Shown here piece after piece: positions 1 through 12,026 of a stretch of DNA of 64,000 nucleotides. This DNA comes from Entomortierella parvispora E1425. Lineage: Eukaryota > Fungi > Mortierellomycota. The stretch covers positions 1,612,001-1,676,000 of the forward strand of contig BQFW01000012.1 of the NCBI GenBank assembly GCA_020891255.1, read 5' to 3'. A program made the position numbers and the translations under genes. The stretch's first letter is position 1. Each line of letters begins with the position of its first letter. The notes beneath the pieces are model-generated. The model was not told where the DNA came from. It made no database searches and worked only from the letters and a program-made list of their open reading frames with translations.

Positions 1-792
1 TTTGTTGTTGCGTTGAAGAATTAAGGCCAAGTACGAAAGGAAGGCATCGGTCTTTGAAGAGGATGATGCGGGTGGACGTGCCATTCCGAAGGGCGTTGAT
101 AGCGAAGGGGTATTGTAGGCACCGAAGCCAAAAAATCCAGGGGTAGAACCCACTGAAGCTGCAGGTGCAGAAGGTGTGTCTGATACTCCATTCAAGGCCG
201 AGGTTATCGCTCCAAATCCGGATGTCGTGGTGGTGGTAGACCAAAGACCAGCACCAGTTGACGGAGCCGTTGATCCAAAGGCGGAACCCGATGGTGCTGT
301 TGATCCAGAAGCAGCGCCAGACCCAAACCCAAAGGACGACGGAGCCGTAGACCCAAAGGTGGCACCGGATCCAAATCCAAAGGATGCGCTTGTGGATGAG
401 GGTCCTGGATAGAAGCCGAATGAAGACGTCGAAGTAGCGGACGCCGTCCCTGCGAACCCTGAAAAGTGTAGAGTCTCTCTCGAATCCACCGCGAGTTCAA
501 TGAGGCCAGTGCACGTTTGGCCCAATTTGGCCACCAGCTCGACTGCATCACGGAACCTCAGGTCTAGTGTCCGGATATGATGCCCACTCCTAATTAACGC
601 GCCCTCCATGACCGCGGAGACGAATCGCTCCAAGGCTTCCTGGGTTTTGATATGGATGCTCGACCAGAGAAAGGGCGAAAAGTAGTCATGCCAAGTAGAG
701 CAGACGCGACTCGCCATGGCAAGATCATGCTTGGAGAGACTGGGGATGATCATGTCATTGATCTCTTGTGGTAGCTGTTGCATGGCGTTCAT
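1..792 (-). CDS. F-box protein with FG-repeat insert, 3' part outside the window (first 264 aa)
   Basis: Hand translation from ATG at 792 is stop-free to base 1: MNAMQQLPQEINDMIIPSLSKHDLAMASRVCSTWHDYFSPFLWSSIHI (F-box pattern LP.EI...I...L...DL....RVC..W), then GHHIRTLDL...CTGLIELAV (LRR-like), a Ser/Gly/Thr-rich stretch with 11 FG dipeptides, then FLSYLALILQRNNK. Missing from the ORF track because it has no stop inside the window. Confidence 0.85.
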   Translation of the reverse strand, partial: MNAMQQLPQEINDMIIPSLSKHDLAMASRVCSTWHDYFSPFLWSSIHIKTQEALERFVSAVMEGALIRSGHHIRTLDLRFRDAVELVAKLGQTCTGLIELAVDSRETLHFSGFAGTASATSTSSFGFYPGPSSTSASFGFGSGATFGSTAPSSFGFGSGAASGSTAPSGSAFGSTAPSTGAGLWSTTTTTSGFGAITSALNGVSDTPSAPAASVGSTPGFFGFGAYNTPSLSTPFGMARPPASSSSKTDAFLSYLALILQRNNK

Positions 793-1184
793 GACCGAGA
801 ACCAATGAGGAATGGACGAATGAATGGATGGATGAATGAATGAATGAATGAACGAAAGAGATGAGAAGAGATGAAGAGCCAGGGTCAGTTTGTCGCTCAA
901 TGGTCTTTTTTTTTTTTTTTTTTTTTTTTTTGAAAGCAATTGTTGTGCTGCGCCCACAAGGAACGCCTGTTGGAGTCTTCTGAAATGGCAAGTTTTTTTA
1001 TTTTTATTTTTTAGAAGGCGAGGGTAGCAATGCAATTGAAGGATCTTGTGTATTATAGGAAAGAAAACGGGCAAAGAGTGGAAAGTGTAGAGAGATAGAA
1101 GGAGGGTATAACGGCAAAAACCGAGGACCGTACAGGAAAAGTCGGGGTATATTATTAGCGGCGTGGTGGGGAGGATGCAGGGCA

Positions 1185-3482
1185 CTATGACATCTGCTCC
1201 TGCTTGATGACATGTCCCCAGGAGAGGTTGGATTCCATGCCCGTGCAGGCATTGGCATTGGTGTTGGTATTGGTATTGGTATTGGTATTGGTATTGGTAT
1301 TGGTATTGGCATTGGCCGAGGCATTGGCAGCGGCGGCAGCAGCGGCAGCGGCAGCAGCGGCCTTGGACCGATCAATCTCCTTCCTCAAAGCAGTCGAGAT
1401 CTTTTTGCCCATGCGGCTCATGACCTCGTCCAAGGGCTTGGCGCGGTAGGCACTAATCTCAAAGTGAACCTCGACACCATTCGCCGTCTTGATCTGGCCA
1501 ATGGTACCCACAGACCGGCAAACAGAGTCCATTGGGGACAAGTTGATGTGGCGCGTCACGGCATCGCGTCTTGACAAGTTGGACTTGCAACCCATGCAGT
1601 TCCAAAGAAGCTTGTCGTGGATCGACTCGATGTGGCGGACCAACACCGCGGGACCAGCAAAGCATTGACCGCAGTTGGGGCACTGGTGCGTGGGCGAGGA
1701 CGAGCTGATCACATTGCCATTGTTGTTGGAGGGTGATGTAGGCGAGAGCATGGACGATTCTCGGAGGGTCGACATCCGCCTCTGCGATCCCAAAGAGGAA
1801 TTGGAGGAGATGGAGGAGGTCGAGGACTTGCGAGAGCGGATGATCAGACTTGAGGACATGGATGGAGAAGTCATGGCCATGTTCTCAGAGTATCCGTGCT
1901 GCTGCTGTTGCTGCTGGCGAAGTTTCCGCTCCGTCAGGTAATTGTCGTAGATGCTGTTGCAGGTCTGACCGAACGATGCCGTGGGAGACGTCGCCCTTGA
2001 AGACTCGGAGGGAGAGTGGGTATGGGGCATCTCGGAAGAGCTGGGTGTGTACGAAGACGAAGGCGAAGCAAATTGTGGCGTCGTCGTTCCAGAAGAGAAG
2101 CTGGACTCGACTGGAGAGGACATGCATCCCCATGAGTAACCCTGCTGATGTTGACCTGATCGCACAATTGTGTTTGCGGCAGACATGGAAGGCGACAAGA
2201 CTCCTTGCGATTGGTGTCCCTGGACCATTTGCTGTTGCTGGTGGTGATGTTGACCCTCCCATTGCACCTCGCCGTTGGGGGCTGAGAATCCACGAGACTG
2301 GTTCAGGCCAAAAGTTGGGGGAGCAAACATGGGCGTTGACAAGGAGTGCTGGTTGTCCGAGACCGATGCAGTGGCAATTTGGAGCTGGGGCTTGCGTTGC
2401 TTGGGTCGCTGGATTTGTCCCTGGCGTGGATGGTAGTGCAAGGGCGACAAGAGCGCTTGTGGTGCAGCTGCACTGCCATTTGACGACTGCTGTTGTTGTT
2501 GCTGTGGTCCCATGGCCATTGTCATATGTGATTGTTGTTGTTGGTGCTGGGAAATGTGGATCTGCTCATAGATTGTGCCCATCAGCTCATTGGATGCATA
2601 AAAGCTGCTGTTGTTGTTGTCAGAGGTGGCAGATGCGGATGATGCCGAACTTTGCACAGACGAAGCGCAAGGAACGTGCCAAGAAGCTGCAGTCGTCATC
2701 GTGGCCATGTTTGTCTGCGTGGCAGGGGATTGATTATTTCCAAGGGAGGACAAAGTCGCGGATGACCCCTGAAAAGCGTGCGTGCCAAAGGTCGTCGTGG
2801 ATGCCACGGGATGACTCAACTGCTGCTGTTGTTGTTGTTGTTGTTGTTGCTGCTGCTGGTGGTGCTGTTGCTGCTGAATATACATTCGCTGTTCGTCCGT
2901 TAGCACGTAGTCCATTCCAAAGGACATGGAAGACACGATTGGCGTTGATCCTGTCACTTCTGACATGATGGAGGAAGATGAAGAAGTATGCTGGTGGTGA
3001 GGATATGCAGATTGAGAGGTGTGATACGCGCCCTGTTCTAAGGGAAACGGTATGGTAGTAGCAGAGGAAGTCATCACGCCCTTATAATCTTCACGTCCAG
3101 CCATAATCCCAATCGACAATTCATCCAGGGACGAGTGCGAGAATCCGGAATCCCTCCTGAAGCTGAGCCAACTGCCAGGCACTGCTCCTTCAGGCATCTC
3201 TTGGCAGGACTCGGTAGGTTCGTAGGAAGAGCATGAGGATGGAGATGCGGGTGAGGAAGTTGGGGCAAAGTTCATACCGAGACCATTCAGGTAGTTTTGT
3301 GCTGCTGGAGAGTTATCAGTGGTGGTTGTTGCGGCGTAATTGCTTGAGATGTCCATCATCACTGGGACTTGGTTGTTTGTGTTGTAGTAGTTCATGGCTT
3401 GTTGCTGTTGTTGTTGCTTGTTAGGAAAGTAGGATGGCTGCGAGGTGGATGGCTGTTGTTGGTATTGAGGATATTGTGACAT
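1185..3482 (-). CDS. C2H2 zinc-finger transcription factor with polyQ and Ser-rich regions (765 aa, intronless)
   Basis: HQCPNCGQCFAGPAVLVRHIESIH is a C2H2 finger. WNCMGCKSNLSRRDAVTRHINLSPMDSVC is a second C2H2/C2HC-like finger. Multiple polyQ tracts; polyA and (NT)n near the C-terminus. Confidence 0.85.
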   Translation of the reverse strand: MSQYPQYQQQPSTSQPSYFPNKQQQQQQAMNYYNTNNQVPVMMDISSNYAATTTTDNSPAAQNYLNGLGMNFAPTSSPASPSSCSSYEPTESCQEMPEGAVPGSWLSFRRDSGFSHSSLDELSIGIMAGREDYKGVMTSSATTIPFPLEQGAYHTSQSAYPHHQHTSSSSSIMSEVTGSTPIVSSMSFGMDYVLTDEQRMYIQQQQHHQQQQQQQQQQQQQLSHPVASTTTFGTHAFQGSSATLSSLGNNQSPATQTNMATMTTAASWHVPCASSVQSSASSASATSDNNNSSFYASNELMGTIYEQIHISQHQQQQSHMTMAMGPQQQQQQSSNGSAAAPQALLSPLHYHPRQGQIQRPKQRKPQLQIATASVSDNQHSLSTPMFAPPTFGLNQSRGFSAPNGEVQWEGQHHHQQQQMVQGHQSQGVLSPSMSAANTIVRSGQHQQGYSWGCMSSPVESSFSSGTTTPQFASPSSSYTPSSSEMPHTHSPSESSRATSPTASFGQTCNSIYDNYLTERKLRQQQQQQHGYSENMAMTSPSMSSSLIIRSRKSSTSSISSNSSLGSQRRMSTLRESSMLSPTSPSNNNGNVISSSSPTHQCPNCGQCFAGPAVLVRHIESIHDKLLWNCMGCKSNLSRRDAVTRHINLSPMDSVCRSVGTIGQIKTANGVEVHFEISAYRAKPLDEVMSRMGKKISTALRKEIDRSKAAAAAAAAAAAANASANANTNTNTNTNTNTNTNTNANACTGMESNLSWGHVIKQEQMS
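1255..1325. repeat. (GGTATT)n hexamer repeat encoding (NT)n in the zinc-finger protein
   Basis: Direct tandem ggtatt/ggcatt units in the sequence. Confidence 0.85.
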
Positions 3483-6400
3483 TCTAAGCCAGATGAGGGT
3501 TCAATATCACGGCAGTAGCGCGCAATAGTCAGCAAGGGAGCTGTCGAGTCAAGGTAGGATAGCGGACGAGGATGTGCTCTTGAGCATATACTTACACAGG
3601 GATGGTCAAAGCAGATTAAAGACACAGGCGTGCGGACAACAAAGGAGAGTGAGGTAGTGTTGTGGAAGAGAGAGAGGAAATAACAAATAGATCAATTGCG
3701 TGAAGAGACGAGCAGTGTATTGTACGCAAGGAATGAGGGTATAAGAGTGAAGAGTGGAGGTGAGGGTGTGCGCGTGAGAGGATGTCGTGGGCGGCAGTAG
3801 CGGTCGGTGGTTGCGAGCAATTGAAAGTGCGCAAAGGAAAAAGATGGAGATGAATGGGGTGTGAGTGAAGAAGTAGGGAAGAAAAAAGCAATCTCGAGAG
3901 CAAGTGTGGCCATGGTGACCTTTATACAAGTTCAAACCCCAAGATGGGCCATGGTGGCCCTTGGACAGTGGATCACATCTCAGGGCTTAGTACAACAGGG
4001 TAGAGGCAGCCAGCCGATATCGAGGAACTATAAAGAATTTCTGGTGTAGTTAATCTATCCAATTCAATCAACCGAGCGAGCGTCTGTGCATGCATCTTTT
4101 GCGCCTCGAATGCTCTTTTTCTGCATTGCACGAACACAATCACAAACACAAACAACCATCGACAACAACATAGACACGGCAAGCAATCACATACCATCCG
4201 AATACAAGAGAAAAACATCAAACACGAAAATCGCGTTCAACTCTTTACTGACTCTGCACCCCAACTCTTGCTCGCTCCGATGGGTGATGTTTTTTGACAC
4301 ATCTAGTGCTTTTCTTGACCCTTGCCGCGCCTTGAGAGCAAAAAGACCCCCCAGAGGGACGAGGCTCGACTCTCTCGCATGACTTGGCTGGCCGGTTCAT
4401 TTACATCGGGGGATCAGCATCAATGGTCCCGCTCCGAAATGCAAGCTATCCCTTGCATTGATTGGGCATTGCCTCTGTCTTTGGAGGCACTCGCGGTGCT
4501 CAGATTTACGTTCTCCCCCTCTCCATGTTGGTTTCTGTGGCCTTGACGACAACCCTGCACACTGTTCATCTATTCTCGTCCTACCCCAATTGAGATTCGC
4601 GACACATGCGGCCAACAAGATGATTACACGCGCACCTACCAACGACACATTTGGCCCATGCACCCTTGCACCTTTTCTGTCTGTCGTACATTATTTTTGC
4701 CCTCGCGTGCGTAATTAGTTGGGGAGGAAGGGAGAGACACCCTGAGAGCCGGGTGAACAGAAGGACAGCCGAAAATGTTTTGATTTTCATATCTTTTTGC
4801 TCCAAAGAAGTAATTCCGGTGTTGTCTACCTTGCATGGACAATGAGGCAGGGTTCAAACAGGGCTCAAAAAAAACTTTGATGGCGCATGCCTCAAACACA
4901 GGACACGATGAAAAGAGAGGGAGAAAAAACACACCAAAGCTTCCCCCCCACCCCCAACACCACTTTTTTTTCCTGAGTGCAGCCTGATGCACTGCAACCC
5001 GATCTGAGACGAGGTCCATTTTGTACCTGAGTACAGCTATTTACGCGCATCCCACCATGCTGTGGTTGAAAAAAAAAGACAATTGGTGGATCATGGATCC
5101 CGTCCCACCAGAAATGGTTCACATCGAAGGAATGTCCCAATCCTCTGTCGTCTGGAGTCGTTCTCAAAAAAAAGGGTTCGCCCATTCATGGTTTTTGTTG
5201 TTTTGTTGTGCCCTTGTGGAAAATTAAACCGCGATTGCATAGCGCGTTCCTGGCAAGCGAGCGGCAATGATGAAAGCTCTTGGTTCCACGCGCCAGTCCA
5301 CATTTTTTTTTGTATTGACTCCAAAAACCATCGACCCCTGTCAGGCAATTACTGATCCTCATCCCGCCTATTTGAACCCTCCCCTCTCTCTCCCGTTCTT
5401 TTGACTCCTTTCAAACTCAACCTCGTTCCAACACGATCGTCAGTTTGTTTTGTGCAGTCATCAATGTCAGCATTGGGTGGAGATCAAGATATGTTACGAA
5501 ACAGAGCGACCGAGCTTTGAAAAGTCTCTAAAAAAAACCTTTCCCCACCCCTCCCCTCCTTTGGTCTTGGTGACATTCCTGGATTCACACGCTGGCTCTT
5601 AGGGCAGCCTGGACCAGAACGCACCGTAATGGAATTCAATGACCCATTGCTTCTATTCATTCGTCCTCAATTGATAGACAATGAATCGTGAAAGATAAAG
5701 CGTCGTGGAACGCGCTGTGACACGCTTTTTTTAGAAAACGCGAGATGCTCCTTCTCCCTCTCTCCACCCGAAAATCCCGATAACATAACGGAACGAGGCC
5801 TTGCCCTCGAGCGAACGGAGATACAAGTAATGTTGGTTGGGCCCACTCAAAAGGAACAAGGACGTAAAAAAAAGAGAGAGACAGAGGGAGAGATGAAAAT
5901 GAGGGGGTATTCAATCAAGGCGATCGGTCAATTCAAAAACTGGTGTGGTCGTACAAAAGGAGGTCCTTGCCCTGTCTCCTTGACCCTTTTTTCTCTCTTG
6001 CTGGGTGAATTTGTTTGTTGGTCTATCGTCCTCCTATATCCCATTCGACGTTCTCATTGTCATAGTAGAGCGGCATGATGGAGAACCCCCTTTGCTCTCT
6101 CTCCCCGTCTGTTCGTCCGTCTCCTAATTTGAACTGCACAACGATGAACTGACAAGAGAAGGGAAAAAAAAACAGCCCGCGGGTTTGGGGACTTGAAATT
6201 CTACCTGGCTCTTGCTTTGACCCTGTTATTTTTCCCTCCCTTTCTCTGTTCATTTGTCAGTCAGGACCCCGTCTAGTTCATTTTGTCGCTGGTAAATGGA
6301 GCCATTGTTGAGAGCTTGGTGATATATTGCCGATATCTGCAGGTTCTTGGTAAACGGGATGAAGTTTCTGATCCCCCTGGGCTCTCCCTTGCCTTTGACT

Positions 6401-7885
6401 TTTTTTTTTTTGAAGGCTTTCTTACTGTCAAGGGGCCCAACAGAGCAGGAGGGGAGCAAGGAGTAGGCATGTTGATGATCAATGAAGAGTTTCTCCCCCA
6501 GTTGTTTGTATGGATTTTGTTCATGTCATGGTGAAATGACAATCGACCAATCTTTGAGATGAAAAGGCAAAGAGAGTCGGTCTGTAAGATGACCTAAGGT
6601 GGATCCATAAAAAAAAAAGCGTAAAACGGAGTTTGCGAGACAGAGTGGGGCGAGACCTTCTGGGTTCATAGGACGTCCACTTCTTTCGGTTCATTTTGTC
6701 GTCACAACTGCATCTTTTTCTTGACGTGCATGGGCCGCCTAGTCCGGGAACCCGGAAAAAAAAAGAGAAAGACGTCAACAGAACCGTTCATGATATTCAT
6801 TTGGAGAAAGTCTTTTCGGGCCTGGTCTCCTCAAAGAGGCCCCGAATCTGGCTTTGCTACCTCCATCGCACTATCTCTCTATCGGCTTTTTTTCTCCCCA
6901 AAACAGACACCAAAACGAAAAGAAAAAAAAAGAGATGGAGACCCTCGTTCATCCCCCTGCATCCCTTTTGCCGGATGCGATCGCAAAAAAAAAGAGATAT
7001 GTAGACAAGCAGCGCCAGAGGTACAGCGCCAGAGATAGACAGGACCAGAAAAAGGTAGAGACCCACAGACAGACCAAAGGAGTGCTGTCGACTGGACCGA
7101 CAGAACGCGTTCTGATTGCAGACAAGATTTGGAAGGGGAGACATCACTGTGAACTAGCAGATAGATCACCCTTCCTTTTGTTTTTTTCCATCATGCAAAA
7201 AAATGAATCCAGCAAAAGGTATCCCTTCTTCTTTGGAAGGGATCGATGGGAACATACACGACAGATGAATCTAAGAATAAGATGCGTTCTTCGTGATCCG
7301 TAACCGGGTGAAAGCTGTTAAGTTCGGCAACTGTTTGCACTCTTTGCAACTTTGCTACTGTGACGCGAACAGCTTTAGGTTTTCTCAACCTCTCCTGAAT
7401 GGATCATGGGAGATGACCGCATGTGTTACTACTCCACAAACAAGAAGCCCCTCTCACCTGAAGATGCAAGATGCACTTTTTTTTGTTCGATGCAGCGCGA
7501 CGTGCGCGTTGGTCACAAGAAAGTTGAGGGGGAGGAGAGGAAGATGGAGCAGCGAGAACGCCACAGTTCACAGAACGAAAAGAACAAAGAAAAACAAAAC
7601 AAAAAAAAATGAAAACATGCGTTCCTCAGAAAACCGATGTCACTCTTGGATTGTGGTGTTGTCGCACAGACACAAACTTTGTTGTTGGTGTCTGACACGC
7701 GTTCTTTCGGACCCTGATGGCGATGGGAAGAAGGGGTTGGCGGTAGGGGAAGGAGGGGGGGATTGACCAAATGTTTCCCTGTCGCTCCAACCCCTTCCTT
7801 CCCGTCTTCCCGACTTCATGGACTTCACGTTTTTTTTCCGCCCCTTTGTTTGTGCAAGTCTTCTTTTTTCTTTGTCATACCCCTA

Positions 7886-7960
7886 TGTTCTCTCCATCGG
7901 GTTGTTTTCTCCATCGGGCTGTTCTCTCCATCGGGTTGTTCTCACCATCTCCATCGGGTT
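7886..7960. repeat. 17-bp tandem repeat TGTTCTCTCCATCGGGT, three full copies plus one interrupted copy
   Basis: tgttctctccatcgggt / tgttttctccatcgggc / tgttctctccatcgggt / tgttctcaccatctccatcgggtt. Confidence 0.85.
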
Positions 7961-8780
7961 ACAAACAACTGAAGCTTCACGCGCTCCAATGGACGCTCTC
8001 TCCATGCGACCTTGCAAATCGCGCGAGGGGGAAAGGGAGAAGGGGAGCTACACCGACTTGGAGACTCATCCCTCTTTCCCCCCACCCCCTCCGATTCTCT
8101 TTTCTTTCTTTCTCATACCTTTCCACCTTTTTTTTTTCTTTTTCTACTGGGGCCAAGTGAAAAGGGCTGATCTGGACTTGTCTTGAGCCCCACTCTTTTC
8201 GCAAAGAAAAAACCTAGAAACCAAGAACAGAAACCGGAATCGATACCCCCCGTTCCCAAAGAGTGGGGTCTGCATCTCCAAAAATTTCCCCTTCTGTCTT
8301 TGACGCGTCATATCATGAATTCTTTGGCATCAAACAAAACAACAAAACAAATCAAATAAAAACACGCCAAAGGGGGTTTTCGGAAGATGCAAGACTTTTT
8401 TTTTTTTTTTTTTTTTGGCTCGAGAAACCTCATATCGGCTTATAATGAATAAAAAGACTATTTGACCTTCATTCCTTCCTGTCCATGCTCCATGTTCACA
8501 CTTTTCCAAGAACACACATGACGCTGATTGCTTTTGTTGAGGATGTTGTTTGGTTTGTTTGTTTGACGAGATTTTGTGGGCGGCGAAGAGAAGAGTGTAT
8601 ATATTTGTGAGATCGATTGTGTTGTGTTCGCCACGATTCCAATCCATACTCTTGGGAGAGAGTGTAAAGAAGAAGAGAGGGAGAGTGAGAGAGAGAGGAG
8701 GACAAGAAAAGAGGATGAACTCCAAAAAAACGGTTCCACCAGAACCACAAACTGTGGATGTCATACTGCAGGTGATGTGC

Positions 8781-8840
8781 AACACAACACAACACAACAC
8801 AACACAACACAACACAACACAACACAACACAACACAACAC
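8781..8840. repeat. (AACAC)12 pentanucleotide microsatellite
   Basis: Perfect tandem array, intergenic. Confidence 0.95.
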
Positions 8841-9125
8841 ACGTCGTCGTTCAAAGTGAGCAGGTGCAGACAACAAACGACACCCTAATTTCATTCTCCG
8901 TGGATGCACAATGGCGTACTTGTACTCGATGCACAGACAATGATGACAAAGAGGATCAAAGAGTCCCCCTCGGCTCATCAATATTTTTCTTTTATTTTTC
9001 CCTCCCTCCTATCTCTTTCCTTGTGGTTCAGATACAGCAGCCCTTTCATCCAAACAGCCTTCGGTGCTAGTCTCGGACCTCGCAACAGAGAGGGGGGAAA
9101 GATGAGAATAACATTGGTCACCAGA

Positions 9126-11697
9126 TTATCGATTCTTCTCGATGAATGGAAGAAGCTCCATGGTCCCATGAGAACCTAGCATCTGAAAACATTCAAGAAA
9201 GCAGAAAACTTTCCCCACGAAATTGATCGACCGCCCTTCTTGATTTTTTTTTTTATCGTAATCATTTGAAAGGACTCGAGGGCATTGAGTCAACAACAAA
9301 GAAGTCGCGTGTTCTCGGCTAAGCGTAAATACGTTCGCCTCGCTCTGCTGGTCAAAAAAAAAGATTGAAGCAGCTTCAACTCTCCATCGTGACAATATTC
9401 CAATCGAGCGCCTCTTCTCAAGATCCGATTCTTTAGCGTCTCCAACTCCATGAGCGATAGGTCAAGTATATTCGTGTAACGTCCATAGACCAGAGAATGG
9501 ATGTCGCCGTGAAACGGTCGCGCTGACCCCTGGACAAATAACAAGTCGAGTTGTCCAAAGTCCAAAATCGGCAGAGCCAAGGACGATGACGACGACGACG
9601 ACGACAAGTCCTGCTGATTTACTTTTTCCACCACCACCCCTATCGCATGTCCTTGGTCTCCCTTTTCATCGTCGCCGCTCATCGTCCTTGGCATGGCCTT
9701 GTAGGGCAACCGAAGGAGTTCAAGCCCCATCCGAAAATGTTTTAGCTGAGGCATCACCCGTGCGTTCAATCGCTCCGTCAGCACACGGTCCACATACTTG
9801 GCATGACAAGCACTGTAGAACAGTGGGAATCGATTGATATCCAGGTACTCCAGCGTGCACTGACAGGCCCAAGGACACATCGGTGGCTGCACTTTTGTGA
9901 AACTCTGACCCTGCAGTGACCGCCAGTGTCCACCTGTGCCGTGACAACAGGCCGGGGTTGATCGGTTTCAGTATCGACACTACCATGCAACGACTTTGTC
10001 TCTGCAATCTCGAGCCAGGTCATGGATGAAAAACTGAACATGATAAAATCAAAGAGGTCGCGGTCGAAACAGCAGTTATGAGCATCGAGTTGCGTCTCGG
10101 CCTGATGGACTTGCGCCAGAGACAGCCGTCGGTAGTTCAATCGCAGCCGACGGAGACCCTGAACTGCCTCGAGGGGCATCTTCGTGAAATTGGATTCGTC
10201 AAGACGGACATCCCGCAAAGAAAGAGACGTCAACCTCGTTGGAAAAAAGGCCGACAAGACTTTGAAATCCACCGACCCTCGTGTGTGCCTCACAGAGTCG
10301 CCGGGTCCTGGTCGGCCCACGTCCTCGGGCTGGAATCGAAGAGTGAGCGATTGCTAGTGCTGTCCGGATTGTTGAAGGATCTTGGCCAGAGTGTCCGTTG
10401 CGCTCTGTTGGCAAAAGTCAAAGTTGACGACAGTCAAATCCAAGTCTCGAAGATGAGAGAAAGCCATAAAGAGAGAATGGTACACACTCCCGTCGCTGTC
10501 TGGGCGCCAAGGCATCGGCACGATCAGACGCTTCAGATTGGGGTGGTGATAGACGGTCAAATCTTTCAGGGGCTGGACTTCTGAAAACAAGTGTGTCCAT
10601 GCTCTCTTGGATATCTGTGTCGCCATTGCCGTTCTCACTGTGGCCTCCTCTTGTGTTAGGTGTCCGTTCCTCGATCAACAGCTTTGTTAACCGCAACGTC
10701 TCCAGATCTGGGCATGCGTGGATGACTACATGGAGCAACTCTTCGATCCGGCACTGAATCGTCCTTGGGCCATCAACCCCTCTATCAAGGTCCGTGGCCT
10801 TGTACGAGTACTTGTGCCAATTCACTAACCCACCGATATCAAGGGTGCGCAACGAAGGAAGCATCCTCAGAGACCACAACAGCCTTAGATCTGCTTTCCG
10901 ATGACCGAACTGGATCGACACCGAGGTCAAAGTGCCACTCCCTCCATCATGACCCTGGATGGCAAAGGACGAGAAAAACAAGTCCAGGTTCTGAAGTTGC
11001 TTTACAGGCTCAGAGACCGTTTTTGGGATATAAAGCTCAAGATGCTGCAATAGTCCTCCACCGCAGTTCTGGGCCAAGCGGCCGCAAGCGGCTCGTCCCA
11101 AATATCGATCCCTGCCAAGGATCGGATCAAAGGACCCCGCCCCTTCCACTGCTCAGGGGTCATTCGCCTGTAGACCTTCCACCGCCCACCTCCATCAATG
11201 ACACGTCTCCGCATTTCACTTCCAGCATCCGCTCGGCCCCCTTGATAAGAGGTGGTCAGATGCAGGTCCCAATAGTTCAACTCCTGGGCCACAATGAGGT
11301 TACAGCTTTGACAGATCAGGGTCCCGACATCGGACGAGGCCAAGCGGGCCGTGGAACTGCCCGAGGGTTTGCACCACCAATTCACATGGAGGACTCTTGG
11401 ATTCGTAGGTTCAGATAGAAAGCCCGTGCAGCGATGGTCACCAAATAAGGCAGAATGACGGCATCGTCGAAGAGGACTCTCTGGTAAGGTTGCAGACGGT
11501 TGGGGTGGGAGATAAATGACGTCGGTCCAGAGCTCGAGCTCAAAGACAGCCTTCCAGGCTCGGCAGACTTGAAGACATAGGAGAAGGTGCTCTGGCATCA
11601 GGTAGGACATCAATTGAGTGGTGATTTCGGGCAGACTAAATGCTACTTGAGAATGGCTTGTCTGCACGACTTCATTGTTTTTTTTATGCAAGTACAT
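9126..11697 (-). pseudogene. F-box/LRR-like pseudogene
   Basis: F-box FSLPEITTQLMSYLMPEHLLLCLQVCRAWKAVF followed by LRR-like segments (LQHLELY, LPSLRTLDI, CPDLETLRL, HPNLKRLIV, HLRDLDL, RLTSLSL, PWACQCTLEYLDI) spread over consecutive ORFs in different frames. At least four frameshifts plus an in-frame TAG at 10354-10356 (SGQH*QSLTLRF). Confidence 0.8.
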
Positions 11698-12026
11698 ATG
11701 GATGAGAGAGGAGGTGTGAGGAACGGAAGGAGGGAAAGAAAGAACAGAGAGAGACAAAAGAGGGGAAAAGGGGGGATGAGTTGCACAGATTCATAATAAC
11801 GCAAAGGGCGCAAAAGCATACCCATTTGGAACAAGTCAAGGACAGTCAAGAAATGTCGATATCATCTTTTTGTTTTCTTTCAATGTGCTATGGTACATGA
11901 CTAAGTAGGAAGTGGTATATAGAAGCTGCCTATGCGCAATCGCAAGTCCTAAAACTAAAAGTCGATTTTTCTTTTTTTTTTTTCTTCCTTTCTCCCTTCC
12001 CCTCCTCCACTTTTTTGGCTTGTTCT

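Noticed and set aside
176-412. Plus-strand ORF with GAVDPK/PDPNPK repeats
   Set aside because: It is the antisense shadow of the FG repeats in the minus-strand F-box gene.
1-420. Calling the left-edge gene a nucleoporin (Nsp1/Nup98-like)
   Set aside because: The FG tract is short, follows an F-box and is embedded in an LRR-like scaffold; no nucleoporin anchor domain is visible.
3483-9125. Many short ORFs in the long intergenic regions (also 56466-61514)
   Set aside because: Dominated by homopolymer and microsatellite translations with no domain, codon pattern or splice support; no transposase, LTR, tRNA or CRISPR pattern recognised.
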